A stretch of 64,000 nucleotides of DNA from Octopus vulgaris. Taxonomy: Eukaryota. The DNA lies in assembly GCA_951406725.2 (NCBI GenBank), contig OX597816.1, positions 69,254,001 to 69,318,000 on the forward strand, in the 5' to 3' direction. Positions 29,201-42,956 of the stretch are shown here, piece by piece (position 1 is the stretch's first letter; each line of letters begins with the position of its first letter). Both the position numbers and the translations under genes were made by a program. Below the pieces are notes generated by a model. That model was given only the letters and a program-made list of their open reading frames with translations. It had not been told where the DNA came from and did no database searches.

Positions 29201-29313
29201 AGCAGTTGCTAGAAAGCCTCCATGAAGTGAAACCAAGTAGCAACACCAAATGGCGGTGCCCCAGCATGGCCACAGCTCATAAGCTGAAACTAGAATCAAT
29301 CAATCATCAATCA
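26273..29313 (+). mobile_element. CR1/L2-group LINE, 5'-truncated, near-complete ORF2 (APE endonuclease + RT)
   Basis: APE motifs LNIRGL, LTETHL, GGVAMY, GDFN, NTLDL, SDHN. RT motifs YRPISL, QHGFR, YLDFAKAFD, GVPQG, YADD. One frameshift ~26800 and one in-frame stop at 28653-28655. (ATCA)n tail. Inserted in (TA)n. Confidence 0.95.
26808..28655 (+). CDS. LINE ORF2 reverse transcriptase (main open segment, disrupted)
   Basis: 615-aa ORF with all core RT motifs. It continues in the same frame as 28662-29225. Confidence 0.85.
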   Translation: MEQVILQPTRAGNTLDLCFTNDMDLIHNVKVTPTLLSDHNMIELTMYGPKESTDMQPTRNPQNLSSLNYHKANWKQIEKEILKQNWPKCLSSPDIDVKLQQFMSVMQAICYKCVPERKVTVHKNKIPRERKILMRRRTKFSNRLNKQIESSEKSRLKIKLLEIEKCLQLSHEKERADKEAWAIENIKSNPRAFYRYAKETATVHCRIGPLLEKDGTLTGKPMRVSEILNEQFKSVFTPPLGHLQITNPTDFFTTADIKSEAATIDYIDIKEDDVTKAIDEMKTDSATGPDGFPAILLKACKRVLARPLQFLFQSFLAAGKLPGKLKEGKICPIHKGGSRAEAKNYRPISLTSHISKVMERIVRRKLITFLEENDLLPDTQHGFRPGRSCLTQLLQHYDWVLKRLLNHSNVEVIYLDFAKAFDKVDHGMICHKLRDLNIVGKLGEWLHDFLKDRSQVVVANGATSINTQIVSGVPQGTVLGPLLFIMALSDMPSATQRATITSYADDTKVSQAIQNPEDTKHLQCELDEIYKWAEKNSMQFNAGKFQALYYQHAKLNAIPNEYTGPGGIAIPEAQSVRDLGIHMSDDATFHVHVAKLTMKCRRLAGWILRTFRTRE

Positions 29314-29533
29314 TATATATATATATATATGTATGTATGTATATACGTTTATACATATATATATATATGTATGTATATACATTTATACATATAAATACAT
29401 GCATATGTGGGTACATAACATCACTAAAATTGCAAATGACATGAAATACGTAAACAAAGAGAAAAATTGTTAACAGGGCAATTAAACACAGAAAGGACAC
29501 TTCATCATTTGTCGGCAGCCTATACATACATAT

Positions 29534-29644
<111 letters not shown>

Positions 29645-29656
29645 TACACACCCACA

Positions 29657-29696
<40 letters not shown>

Positions 29697-29701
<5 letters not shown>

Positions 29702-29912
29702 ATCCAAACAAGAAAACACAAAAACACAAAAAACACAGCAACGCGAGGACGTGGAACAAATAAAGTATTATTGGACGCTCAGGAAAGAAGGGAAGAAGGA
29801 TGGTTAACCTTTCGAGCGGAGCTCTTCGTCGGAAACATAGGAGAAGGAAAGATCCCGAGAAGGGAAGACAGAGGAAAAAAATCGCCAGCGGTACTCACGT
29901 GGTCACGTATTG
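29697..29912 (-). mobile_element. Penelope-like terminal repeat fragment with hammerhead motif
   Basis: Minus strand reads gttt-CCGACGA-a-gagc(tcc)gctc-GAAA-ggttaacc. A second, more decayed copy lies at ~46030-46212. Confidence 0.6.
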
Positions 29913-30576
29913 AAAGACCGGATGTAGAAAGGTGGAAGAATAATGTTTTTTAAAGACAGGAGAGTTTTCAAAGACAGTATGGTAAAGACAAGGAAAGTGA
30001 GATGGGGAATGTGTGTGGATGTGTGCGTGCGCGGAGTTCTGCGTGTGCGCGTATGTGTGTATGTGTGCAATGATGACAAGTGTGTGTATGTGTGTATGGC
30101 GAACAACTGGCTAGTAACTGGCCAGTATGTAAGAATAAGGAGTGGTGTTTTTTGTGTTCAGCCACAGGTCAAAAACAACGAGGTATGTGTGTGTGCGTGT
30201 ATGTATATGTATCGTGTGTGTGTTTTGTTTGTAGTGTGTGTGTATGTGTGTGTCCGTGTGTGTATGCGTAGAGTTTGGGTGAGTGGCGAGTAACTGTGCT
30301 TAACTTAGTGATGTGTGCGTGTGTGCTTGTACGTGCGTGTGTGTGTATATATGTGTACATATAATTGTGTGCCTGTATGTATGACTGTGTGCCGTGTGTA
30401 TGGGACGTATGTGTGGGCTCATTTGTGTGTGTGAATGTGTATGTATGTGCGTGCGTATGAGTGCGCATGTTTTTGTGTGCGTATGTGTGTGTGCTTATAT
30501 GTGTGTACGTATGTGTATGTGTGCGTGCGCGTGTAGGTATATATTGTGTGTATGTATATGTGTCGGTGTGTATGTG

Positions 30577-30608
<32 letters not shown>

Positions 30609-31063
30609 TATATATATACATACATACATACATGCATACATGCATACACATATGCAGACATACATATATAGCGAGACGAGCAAGACTGTCAGACAGTTAG
30701 GCATTTCTGTCGATGTTTGCTTGCGAAATATATGCGCGCGCGCCTGTGTGCAGGTAGTTAGATAATTTGGCCGGTATTTAGGTCAGTATCTATTTATGCA
30801 TGTATAACTGATGCAGTCGAAGTGACAGAATAATTCATCTTTAATCATACATACGGAACATAGTTGCAACAACATTCCAACAACATGCATCTCAATCAAA
30901 AGGCGGAAAAGAGTAATTTCTTTTCGGCACTTTCAAAACAACTTTGAAAACTAATAACAGCAATATTCTTTAAACTCTGCTGACCTCAGAATCGTTGTCA
31001 GAGTGTAGAACTAATGAAATAATACAAGGAGGCAAAACATAATTGTTTACATATATATATATA

Positions 31064-31345
31064 GTGAAGTATATTTGCCACTTAAATGTGGCTAACTTCT
31101 AAGGGTGGATGCCTCTGTAGCTTGTAGCCCCTGTAGGTCACCTCCTCCAGATGGCTATTGACACACTTTCCGTGTCCTATCAGCATTTGAAAAGGGAAGC
31201 CATCCTTCCCGTCTTGCTCTCCTGGGGCTACAAGCTACAGTAGCATCCACCCTTAGGGGTTAGCCACATTTAAGTGGTAAATATACTTCACGTTGTATTG
31301 TAGTTAAAGTTTATACCTCGCTCAGAGATTCATTATTGCTCATAG
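31064..31345. mobile_element. Fold-back element in (TA)n
   Basis: 68-bp inverted arms 31064-31131 / 31224-31291, with a ~50-nt one-sided extension. Confidence 0.7.
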
Positions 31346-32595
31346 ATATATATATAAATGTATATTCCTTTTAGGGTACAATCCCTGAAATTTGATGGAA
31401 GTAGGTAAGTCGATTAGATCGACCCCTAGTGTTCAACTGGTACTTATTTTATCGAACCCCGGAAGGATTCATGGCAAAGTCAACTTCGGTAGAATTTGAG
31501 CTCAGAACGAAATGCCGCTAAGCATTTTGCCTGACGTGTTAATGATTCTGCCAGCTCCCGGCATTTACATCAGACTACACATTAACGGAATAAATCTCTT
31601 GGTGAGCACAATTTGAAATACTTCAAGATCACACAACTCAGGTCTTTCAAACAAACTTTTACTCCTTCGTTCTTTGCTCCTGTAGTGATATCATCTATTC
31701 TCCTGGACACTTAGTTTCTATGCGTTTAATTGGATTACGAAATTTAGTTTCAGTTGTTTTGTGGGTCCCCAATTTTCGCGGTCTAATTCATTTCCAAATT
31801 TGCCGAGTTCGTATTGCAGGCTCACATAAGAAATTGGTAGTGAATGGATTTTTATAATTTTATTGTGGGTAAGAATCGAAACAATTGCATGTTTTTTTGT
31901 ATTTATAATTTATTACATATTATATCATTATTAGTATTATTATAAGAGTATAATATAATATTATTTAATTTAAGTTTTGGATTGACAACTTTATATTTCC
32001 ATTTTCTATTCATTTTCATAAATAAATATATATGTATATATGTATATATGTGTGCATATACATGTATATATGTATTTGAATTCATTTTCACAGTGAAAAT
32101 GTAAGTAAATGAGGCCTCGTTATGATACACGGATCCCGTGCAAAACGGAGTATATCTCTTAAACAGAAAAACATATTCTATCAAGTTATGTTGGACAGCT
32201 TCATTCAGTTCATACCCTACTTAACTAGCAATTATGTTTTATCTTGAACCTTACTTGACCATTCTTCATGCAAATACCACAATTAAAATTGTTTACGAAT
32301 TCTTAATTGAACCTATGGTGAAAATTTATATAAGAATCTTGATGCAGAAAACCGACCCGTTTGTAAACGCTTGAGTTGCAACAAATTATTCCGACCCTGG
32401 ACATAATCTTCGGCTCATAGCTATGGACATATCTTTAGGAATAGAGCAAGATATAAAATTTACTATTGCTTTCACAAACAACTTTACATACACATACACA
32501 CACGCAAGCACATAGATGTTGTGCGTGTATGTATATGTATATTCATACATGTATACACAAATACCTACTTATGTTCATATGTTTATATATGTATT

Positions 32596-32627
<32 letters not shown>

Positions 32628-32676
32628 CGTATATTCAAGGTATACATATATCTTTCTATCTATCTATCTATTTATC

Positions 32677-32718
<42 letters not shown>

Positions 32719-32754
32719 TATATATGATCATATATGTATGTATACATTCATACA

Positions 32755-32815
<61 letters not shown>

Positions 32816-33023
32816 GTATATGAAGCAAAAATGTAAGAGATCGAAGAGGGTTTTTTGGGAGGTTGAAATGCATCTGAGTTTTAAAACGTGTTGTAGTATT
32901 TTTAAATTTAGTTTCAAATTTATTAAAAGACCAAACCCGTTTCCTCAATTTTCCAATAGTAAATTCAAAAATTTAGGAAAAGTTGAAGGTACAAGTCAAA
33001 ATTCTGTATATACATACATAAAA

Positions 33024-33061
<38 letters not shown>

Positions 33062-33099
33062 AACGTATATATACATACATATACATATATATAAATATA

Positions 33100-33649
33100 T
33101 GTAGGTCCCGGGTTGATTCGGGGTTAACCATAGTAAGTAAGGTACTCAATACATAGCAGAGTAAAATTTATTTATTATATAGAAGGAGCTTCTACAGGAC
33201 TAGTACTGTTTCATTCAAGAGAAATCTTCAGGAAGCTATTTAACAAGTATTGTATTAGCATTTATACATTTAGGCAGGTTTAAAGGAGTGGTGGTAGGGG
33301 ACTTTTTTGGGGGTAGGCATAGCGCAAAATATCATACTTGGGGGAGTGGTCAAGGAGTCAGTGGTAAGTTAGATGAAAGAGCAGATAAATAAAAAAATAA
33401 AAAAATAAAAAAATAAAAAAATAAAAAAATAAAATAAAATAAAAAAATAAAAAAATAAAAAAATAAAAAAATAAAAAAAAATAAAAAAATAAAAAATGTA
33501 TATATAAAAAAAATATATATATATAAAAAAAATATATATATATAAAAAATATATATATAAAAAAAGGGGGGATAGAGTTATAGGTAAATAAGGAGATTCT
33601 CACTTATACCTATACACATATGTATACGTATCTACACACACATATATAT

Positions 33650-33698
<49 letters not shown>

Positions 33699-33989
33699 CA
33701 CACATACATACATATCTACATACACACATACATACACCCGCCCACATATACAAATTTATACACATGCACATGCATATACCTGTCTACACATACACACACG
33801 TATATATGCATACACTCACTCCCATGCATGCACGCATACACACATGTATATATATACCCACGACCACACATACATATATACACAGAAAAATACATATTCA
33901 TACGCACATACACTCATGCACACACAACACACCTAGTTCCCTATATACACATATTTACACCTATATATACATACACCCACATACACATA

Positions 33990-34029
<40 letters not shown>

Positions 34030-34128
34030 CACGCATACATATATATACATGTGTGCACATACATACATATACACATATACATACACATACACATACACAT
34101 GTGTACCTATACATACCTACACATACAC

Positions 34129-34169
<41 letters not shown>

Positions 34170-34560
34170 CCAATACAGGCCCATTCCCTAATTTTAATTT
34201 TATTATCTTCATTTATTACTTTTGTTATCTTTGATCGCTAGAGCTAAGGATCCTGGCTATGGCAGCATGTCCATTTGTCTGTCTACTAGAAGGCAAGTAC
34301 TCATTCCCGCACGCACACTCATTAGCACGTACATTCACCCATTCGTACACTCATACACATACACGTACGCACGCGTTATATTCATACATACAAACATCTA
34401 CATACGTTCACGTATATACACATACGTACTCGTACCTACAGATTCGTGTCTACACTTTAGGAGGCTAGTCTATACATATACACCAATAAATATACATATA
34501 TATATATATATACACATATACATACACACACACGCATATACTCCTACATACAGATACATA

Positions 34561-34602
<42 letters not shown>

Positions 34603-34810
34603 CATACACATACACACATATATATACACACACATACATACACATATATATACATACACAAACATATATACACACATATATATATACATATATATATACA
34701 CACATACACACACATACATACATATACACACAAACACATACATACGTATACATACATACATACATCCATACATCCATACTTACATGCATTTATACGCATA
34801 CACACACCCA

Positions 34811-34855
<45 letters not shown>

Positions 34856-35351
34856 TCACACATACATATACAAATATACGCACACACATACATACATACA
34901 CGTATACACATACACGCACATACACATATACATGCGTACCCATACACGTGCACACACGCACGTGCATCCATATATATACACACACACACATATATACACG
35001 TGTGCAAGCATACATACATACTCATACACGCACACATACTTACATATACATATATGCACACACTTACACACATATATACATACACATATACATGCATACA
35101 TACATATATGCATACATACACATACACGCACATACACATATACATGCGTACCCATACACGTGCACACACGCACGCGCATCCATATATATATACACACACA
35201 CACATATATACACGTGTGCAAGCATACATACATACTCATACACGCACACATGCTTACATATACATATATGCACACACTTACACACATATATACACATACA
35301 CATATACATGCATACATACATATATTCATACATACACACACGCGCACTCAT

Positions 35352-35394
<43 letters not shown>

Positions 35395-35735
35395 CATATA
35401 TACATATATACACATACACACACATACACATATACATATACATACACATACACATACATACATATATATATATATATACACATATATACACATATACACA
35501 TACATATATACACATATACATACATATACATACACACACACATACATATATACATATACACTGATACACATACCCATACATATATATATATATATACACA
35601 CACACACATATACACATGCCTATACTTATATCTCTACATACTCACATATAAACATATACATATATATACACACATATATATATACATGTACATACACATA
35701 CACATACATATATATATATATATATACATATACCC

Positions 35736-35772
<37 letters not shown>

Positions 35773-36189
35773 TACATATACACATATACATGTATACATA
35801 CGCAATAATGATACACATATATACACATACACACACACAGACAGATGCATATACATACATATATATATAAATTACATATCTATATAAATACATACATAAT
35901 ACACATATACACACACATATATATACATGCATATACATATACAAATACAAATATACATATTTATTTTTTTATTTATCTACTCTTTCATCTAACTTACCAC
36001 TGACTCCTTGACCACTCCCCCAAGTATGATATTTTGCGCTATGCCTACCCCCAAAAAAGTCCCCCACCACCACTCCTTTAAACCTGCCTAAATGTATAAA
36101 TGCTAATACAATACTTGTTAAATAGCTTCCTGAAGATTTCTCTTGAATGAAACAGTACTAGTCCTGTAGAAGCTCCTTCTATATAATAA

Positions 36190-36190
<1 letters not shown>
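33100..36190. mobile_element. Large Penelope-like element: ~230-bp inverted arms enclosing ~2.5 kb of TA/CA low-complexity DNA
   Basis: Arm ~33171-33400 is the near-exact reverse complement of ~35961-36190. Extra ~70 nt on the left. Confidence 0.8.
36124..36174 (+). ncRNA. Type-I hammerhead ribozyme, canonical core
   Basis: agcttc-CTGAAGA-tttctcttgaat-GAAACAG-tactagtc-CTGTA-gaagct. Predicted cleavage after A36168. Mirror copy at ~33187-33237(-). Confidence 0.75.
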
Positions 36191-36239
<49 letters not shown>

Positions 36240-36626
36240 GCATATATATATATATATATATACAGTGGAGGCACAATGGCCCATTGGTTAGGGCAGCGGG
36301 CTCACAGACGTGGGATTGCGATTTCAAAAGGTAAGACTTGTCACACACCGTGTCACGCTGAATCCCCCCGGAACTACGTTAAGGGTACATGTGTCAGCGG
36401 AGTGCTCACCCACTCGCACATTAATTTCACGAGTAAGCTGTTCCGTTGATTGGATCATCTGCAACCCTCGGTATTCTTTTTATATTCTTTTATTTGTTTC
36501 AATCATTTGTCTGCGGCCATGCAAGACTTAATTTTTTGTAAACCTAGTATTTATTCTATCGCTTTCCTTTGCCGAACCGCTAAATTATGGGAACAAACAC
36601 AAACACACACACACACACACACGCAC

Positions 36627-36657
<31 letters not shown>

Positions 36658-37308
36658 GACGACGGGCTTCTTTCAGTTTCCGCCTAAATCCACTCATGAG
36701 GCTGTGGACGGCCCGATGCTATAGTAGAAGACAGTTGCCCAAGGTTCTGCGAACCCGGAACCATGTGGTCATGAAGCAAGCTATTTACCACACAGTCACT
36801 CCCGCGCCAATCTCTATATACCGAAACGGTGAAAAATTATATTTCGAATTGCGACATTCCCACAAGTAGGAGCGAAATGGTGGTCTTTTTTACACATTTT
36901 TATTTTACTTTTCTATCATTTCAACGATTGAGTCAAGTAGGGGATTCAAGGAATGAAAGTTTGAATACCACAACACAAATACCTTTGGATAAAAGAAGCT
37001 TTTAGAAAGCTTTCACTGATGTCAAGAAGATCACATCTGAGTCCAGCCTATATTTACGCTGATTTCTCTTTATTGAATACATCCTTGAAATCATTCTATG
37101 GTTTCTTTTTGTTTTTACTGTTATTTTATATCCTCTTTCCTTTCCTGTTTCAGTCTTCGTTTCTTTTTATCCCTTTCTCCATTTGCCTCTAATTCTTTTT
37201 CATCTTCTCCCTATTGTCTAACATCTTTTCAACTTCTTCCGCTTTTAATCCTTATATTCTTCTTCATTCGTTCATTCTATGTTATTTTATTTTATTCTTC
37301 TTCTTCTG

Positions 37309-37366
<58 letters not shown>

Positions 37367-38154
37367 CGTTTCTTCTTCTCCGTCTCCTCCTCCCATCCTT
37401 CCTCTTCTTCTCCTTCTTCTTCTTCTTCTTCTTTTCTTCATCCATTTTCTTTATGCCAAGTTCATACATACACAACGAACAAAACATGCAGCGTTAACGA
37501 AAACAAACGATTAGTTCTCAAATATCTTATTTATGTCGACTGCAGAAATTATATTTGTTACTTTTGTTTTTATTCCCTTTTACATTTTAAACAATGTGTG
37601 CTTTATTTTACATCAGATCAACATTTTCAAAATTTCTTTCTAAATTCATATCATTAAGTAATTCCTTATCGCTTTCTTTTCAAACACTTTTTTTTAATAT
37701 CATATATCATATCGATTTTTTTAGATGATGGACAGCCTTTAGCGTTTGCAACATATTCTTGTACTAAAACAAAAGTTAAAATGACGATAAATCTGTTATT
37801 CTTTTTCTTTTTACATTTTTTAAGAATTTTTTTTAAGCATATTTCAATACATTCAATGTTATTTGTGTTTCATTCGAAGACTTCAACACGATAGAATCAG
37901 AATTCGGAAAGAGAAAAACAAAAGAATGACAGAGAGAGGAAAACAGAGAGAGAGAATGAAAATGAAAGAGAGAGAAAGAGAGAGAGCCCGCGAAAAGAGA
38001 GAGACAATGAGAAAGAGATAGAAAGTGGGTGAGAGCGAGAGAGTGAAACAGAAAATATTTTCTTTCGATAGAATTGTATTTACAGACACTGACGTATCTC
38101 AATATATTTTATTATTTCTTGCTATTGTTTTCATGTATCACTTTGTCAGGTGCA

Positions 38155-38189
<35 letters not shown>

Positions 38190-38357
38190 CATTATTATTT
38201 TGTTTTATTTTTGGAATATTTTTTTTTGCATTTTTACTTTTAAAATACTTGTTACAAATATGTCGAAATATTTGTTAATATATATGTTTTACATAGACAC
38301 AATGCCTCCAAATTTAAAGAAATTGCACATTCATATATATATATATATATATATCTG

Positions 38358-38427
<70 letters not shown>

Positions 38428-39117
38428 AGACGAATACTTGATTGATATATATATTTCTTCAATCGAAGAATAGATCACAGCAGGATATCAACGCGAAACG
38501 TAATTGACTTTACCATATAACACAAAAGCTTTTCGAATGATGCTCCAGCGATTTGGCCAATGAACTACCATAAAGTAAATTTTAATTTTTATTTGTTATA
38601 AGATTCAGGCTAGAGGTCTTCTGAGACATGTATATAAAATCATGTATCACGTGAATTTCACACAAATATATTTCATTCTTCGGTGATTCGGTTTGAATAA
38701 AAGGATCTTAATATAGCCCTTCATTTTAGCTTTGTAAATGGCGATGAGTTGACAATCTTTGGTCATAGTGCATTGAGATATTCATTTACAAGTCTCTTGT
38801 AAAATTTAATTTAGTTAAATTTTTACCTCAAAAGACTTTGATTGCCAGCGTCACATGGTCCAATATACATAAAATATTGATCAAATAATGAGGCAAAATA
38901 ATCGATCATACCCATCCACAAAATGTGAGACCTGGTTTACGCTGTGAACCTCACTATCAAGTTAAGTTCATTAAAGTTTTGAATCCGTCTTTCACCACTA
39001 TCCCTTCTGATATCAAGCAGATGCATGGGATAAAATATCTGCTAACTACTGAGATGATTAGAGAGATAACGATAGTTAATGATATCTGTATATATATATA
39101 ATTATAAATATATCTAT

Positions 39118-39151
<34 letters not shown>

Positions 39152-39213
39152 CTATATATATATATATGCATGTATATATATATATATATAAATATGTATA
39201 TATATATATATGC

Positions 39214-39308
<95 letters not shown>

Positions 39309-40540
39309 TATATATATATATATATACAAGCACACATATATTTGTGTGTGTGTGCGCCCTCGAATGTATGTTACTTTGTATGAATATATATATATTCTTA
39401 TTACAATTATGAATATGAATAGAAAATCTGGTGCTCCGATACATTTTTATTTTCTTGCACACTCGTCTACCAATATAATGCATTTACACACGCGCACAGA
39501 TTTATCCATGCTACGAATTTTGTATAACTGCACTTTACTTCCGAATTGAAGCACTTGATAAAGAATGAGTACCCAATGAATCTGCTTTGCAATGCATCGA
39601 ACTAACGGAGATACCATGAACAGCTCATTGTATATATCTATATTGAATATATCATTCCACACCAATTTACGTATTATCAAGTCATTCCATAAATAATGTA
39701 GTTTTGCAGACCTAACATGTCGAAACATGCTTTAAGGCGTGTAAACAAGATTTTTTTCACGGGTGCATAACTACCATAAATGACAGAAAGACTCAGATAG
39801 ATTCTGGCTTTAAGACAAACAAATAATAATTTGTTGCTTTCATAATCCCTCATGAAAATTGGAGTCACAGAAGAGTTTTACGAGTATTAAAACTGTAACA
39901 ATGTAATAAATGCTGTAAAACTATCAACTTTGACTAGTTTCAAATATTTTCAAGAGAAAGTTTACGATTCTGGTTGTGGATAAAGAAGATTGTGGGAACA
40001 AATTTAGCAATTTTTGGCAAAATATGTACCCTTTAGTGAAATGTTTACAGTTGGATAGATAGACAAATATAAAAAAATAATTTGACAAATAATGTGAATC
40101 TTTAATTATTTTCTGAGATTTTACAAAAAAAAAAAAGAGGTTCTATGGTGGGTTTGGCATCCTCCTTATTCTTTCGATTATCATTTATTCCGAAGCTTGC
40201 AGACTTTTATTGATGGAGAATACAATTCTTTAAAGACACTCGAAACTGACTTTGAAGAGGTTTTGTCTTCTAAGTCAGAAGAGCTTAATAAGTATTAAAA
40301 ATGTAACAATGTAATAAATGCTGTAAAAAAATGTGCAAGAAATTGTATGGTGGAAGTGTTTTGAATATTCGCATCTGCCAACGATAGTTCCATAAATTTC
40401 GACAAGGAGACATTAGCTTGGAAGAGGCCCATCGCTCTGGGCACCGTGACTCTTTTTATAACAATGTGTTGAAAACCGCTGCTGGATGAAATCCATATGC
40501 AATATCTCGAAACTTAGCAGAAGAGTTTAATTCATCGTTA

Positions 40541-41400
40541 TCACCTGTCCATCACCATTTGCAAGTACCTCTTCCGTTTCTGTGGCTTGGGGGACAGCCA
40601 CCTTCTCCGCTTCCAACAAGGACAGCTGCCGCTACCCAAGCTTCTATATCCGGTGGATTTGATTCTACACTCACCTTGGATGTCTTTCTTCCAAGGTATG
40701 TGGGCAGAAGCAATACTTCCTCTGTTTTCACCGCCACACGCACCAGCCTCCACGCCTCCACTACTGTCCAACTTTGGACATATCTTCTTCCTTTGGCTAT
40801 CTCCTTTGATCGCTCCCTCAGCGCCTTTTCCATTTCTGCCTCTACCTGTTCTGCCATTTTTCCTTTCAACGAGTACAACATATGGGTGATCGTTTTCTTC
40901 TCCATCCTCTCCATAATTCCTTTGGCGAGCGACAACTTCACGTCATCACCCACTTTCTGAGCCATCTTCTCATACACCTTCAGACCAGCCAAGTCCAGCT
41001 CCCTTCGCTTCACCTCCGTGGCGTCAGCAAAACTCCTTGTCTTTAACACTCCGTCCATCTTCATGACCACCATTACCAACTCTTCCTCCTCTGACGACAA
41101 CCCAGACCCGTCAAGGTCTAAGTACATCATCTAAGCAACACAAAAAACTACGTCCGACTTTTACAAAATCCACACAGCAAATAACTCGACGCATTCGCGG
41201 AAGCAAGCTTCGTACCATACAGCCACGCCTGTGCCAACACACACACAGATGATGGACTCTCCTGTCAAAGCCGTCGTACGAGTACTCACCTTTTGCGATC
41301 GACCTGCCCAAATGATTTGTTTGTGGTGATAAAACGTTTGTGCCGCACACTAGCTCACTCTCTCCATCAATTCGACGTTTTCTGAACAGGTCCACCGTGT
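40541..41400 (-). mobile_element. 5' fragment of a non-LTR retrotransposon (ORF1/gag-like plus 5' UTR)
   Basis: GC-richer block. The 192-aa ORF 40552-41130 has SFADA and PTYLGRKTSKVSV motifs reminiscent of Tx1/L1-type ORF1. It interrupts pseudogene 7. Confidence 0.5.
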
Positions 41401-42163
41401 ACCGTAAGTCAGGTGCTGAAATGATAGCAGAGCAAGGTGCGATTAATTGGTTTGCTCAAGAAAACAACGCACGAGACACTCTAGGTATTGAAACCACGAT
41501 CTAGCGACGGTGGGTGAAAAACCCTAACCACTGAGTTACGCGGGCGTGCCGCCTGTGTGTGTTCGCGCATGCGAGCATGTGTATGCATGTATGTATGAAT
41601 ATATGTATATATATATAAATATATATACATATATACGACAGGCTTCTTTCAGTTTCCGTCTACCAAATCCACTCACAAGGCATTGGGGCTATAGCAGAAG
41701 ACACTTGCCCAAGATGCCACGCAGTGGGACTGAATCCGGAACCATGTGGTTGGTTAGCAAGCTACTTACCACACAACCACTCCTGCGCCTATATATATAT
41801 ATATAATATAAAAATAAGATAAATTTTTTATAAGAAATTATCAAGTAGTAAGCGTGAAAAACCTCACAAGAGAAAAATTTATTAATTATTCCCTTTAAAT
41901 AATTATTCCCAATTACTGCCTTTAAATATATACATATATATATACACACATAAATATATATATACATATATATACATATATACATATATATATATATACA
42001 TATATATACACATATATACATACAAATATATATATATATACATATATATATACACATATATATATGCATATATATATATACATATATATACATATGTATA
42101 TATATATATACAAATATATATATACATATATATACACATATATATACATATATATATATATAC

Positions 42164-42194
<31 letters not shown>

Positions 42195-42285
42195 CATATA
42201 TATATACATACATATATATATATATACATACATATATATATATACATACATATATATATATATATACATATATATACATATATAC

Positions 42286-42330
<45 letters not shown>

Positions 42331-42343
42331 TATACATATATAC

Positions 42344-42406
<63 letters not shown>

Positions 42407-42956
42407 TTTTTCAATCCAGCTGGCACGTGTTGCCGATAAGTTTAGAGAACCATAGTATATAATGGAATAATGACACTTATTAATGGAGCCAACAAATGAA
42501 TGATTGAAAAAGGTGAAGAACAACCTTACTTCTCTTATAATCTTCATAGATAAGCCACGCTTGTAGCGAGGGAGGGTGACCGACCAAGTTAGGACTAGCA
42601 GGAATTAGGTCAGTTATAGTAAGCCTGCATTTAGCCATTATTTGACTAGTTAAGGGGAAGGGGATACATAGTGAAGTAAACATAAATATTGTTCCTATCA
42701 AATCAAGAGAGAATTGAAATTCGATATCTTGTTATTTGCTTTAGAGGTAAGGCAAAATAAAGGATAATTTGTACGAAAGAGTGAATAGCTAGACCTATTC
42801 TTTAGCTCAGCATATGAATAGAATCCGGTGATTAAAATTAGATCGTAAAAATAATGTTTACAAACAAGTGTGGACCATTTATAATAGTGAGACTAATATA
42901 TTTTTATTCACTAATGTGGGTATTCCGCTTCGAGTTTATTATTGGAGATAAAATAA

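Larger units (their letters stand above)
30770..37830 (-). pseudogene. Decayed Toll-like receptor pseudogene 6
   Basis: Signal + LRRNT NNRFIVILTFVLVQEYVANAKGCPS ~37727-37803. LRRs: LLDISESFL ~37000-37030, FNLPKNPLRSL ~32835-32870, VSILTHNKIIKI ~31845-31885. TIR-like KQLCFASLYYF...SLKNIAVISFQSCFES 30930-31048. Contains a ~3-kb fold-back insertion. Confidence 0.6.

Noticed and set aside
31132-31223. Hammerhead in the spacer of the 31064-31345 fold-back (minus strand ctgatag-gacac...gtgtc-aata)
   Set aside because: Lacks the GAAA strand and an intact core, so it is too degenerate to call
33620-35950. Long ORFs (up to 528 aa) rich in Y/I/H/T, and dozens of similar ORFs elsewhere
   Set aside because: They are translations of (TA)n/(CA)n/(TACA)n microsatellites that lack stop codons, not genes
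38455-38510. Possible hammerhead (tcaat-CGAAGA...GAAACGTA-attga)
   Set aside because: The core is one base short and stem II pairs poorly. At best a decayed copy.
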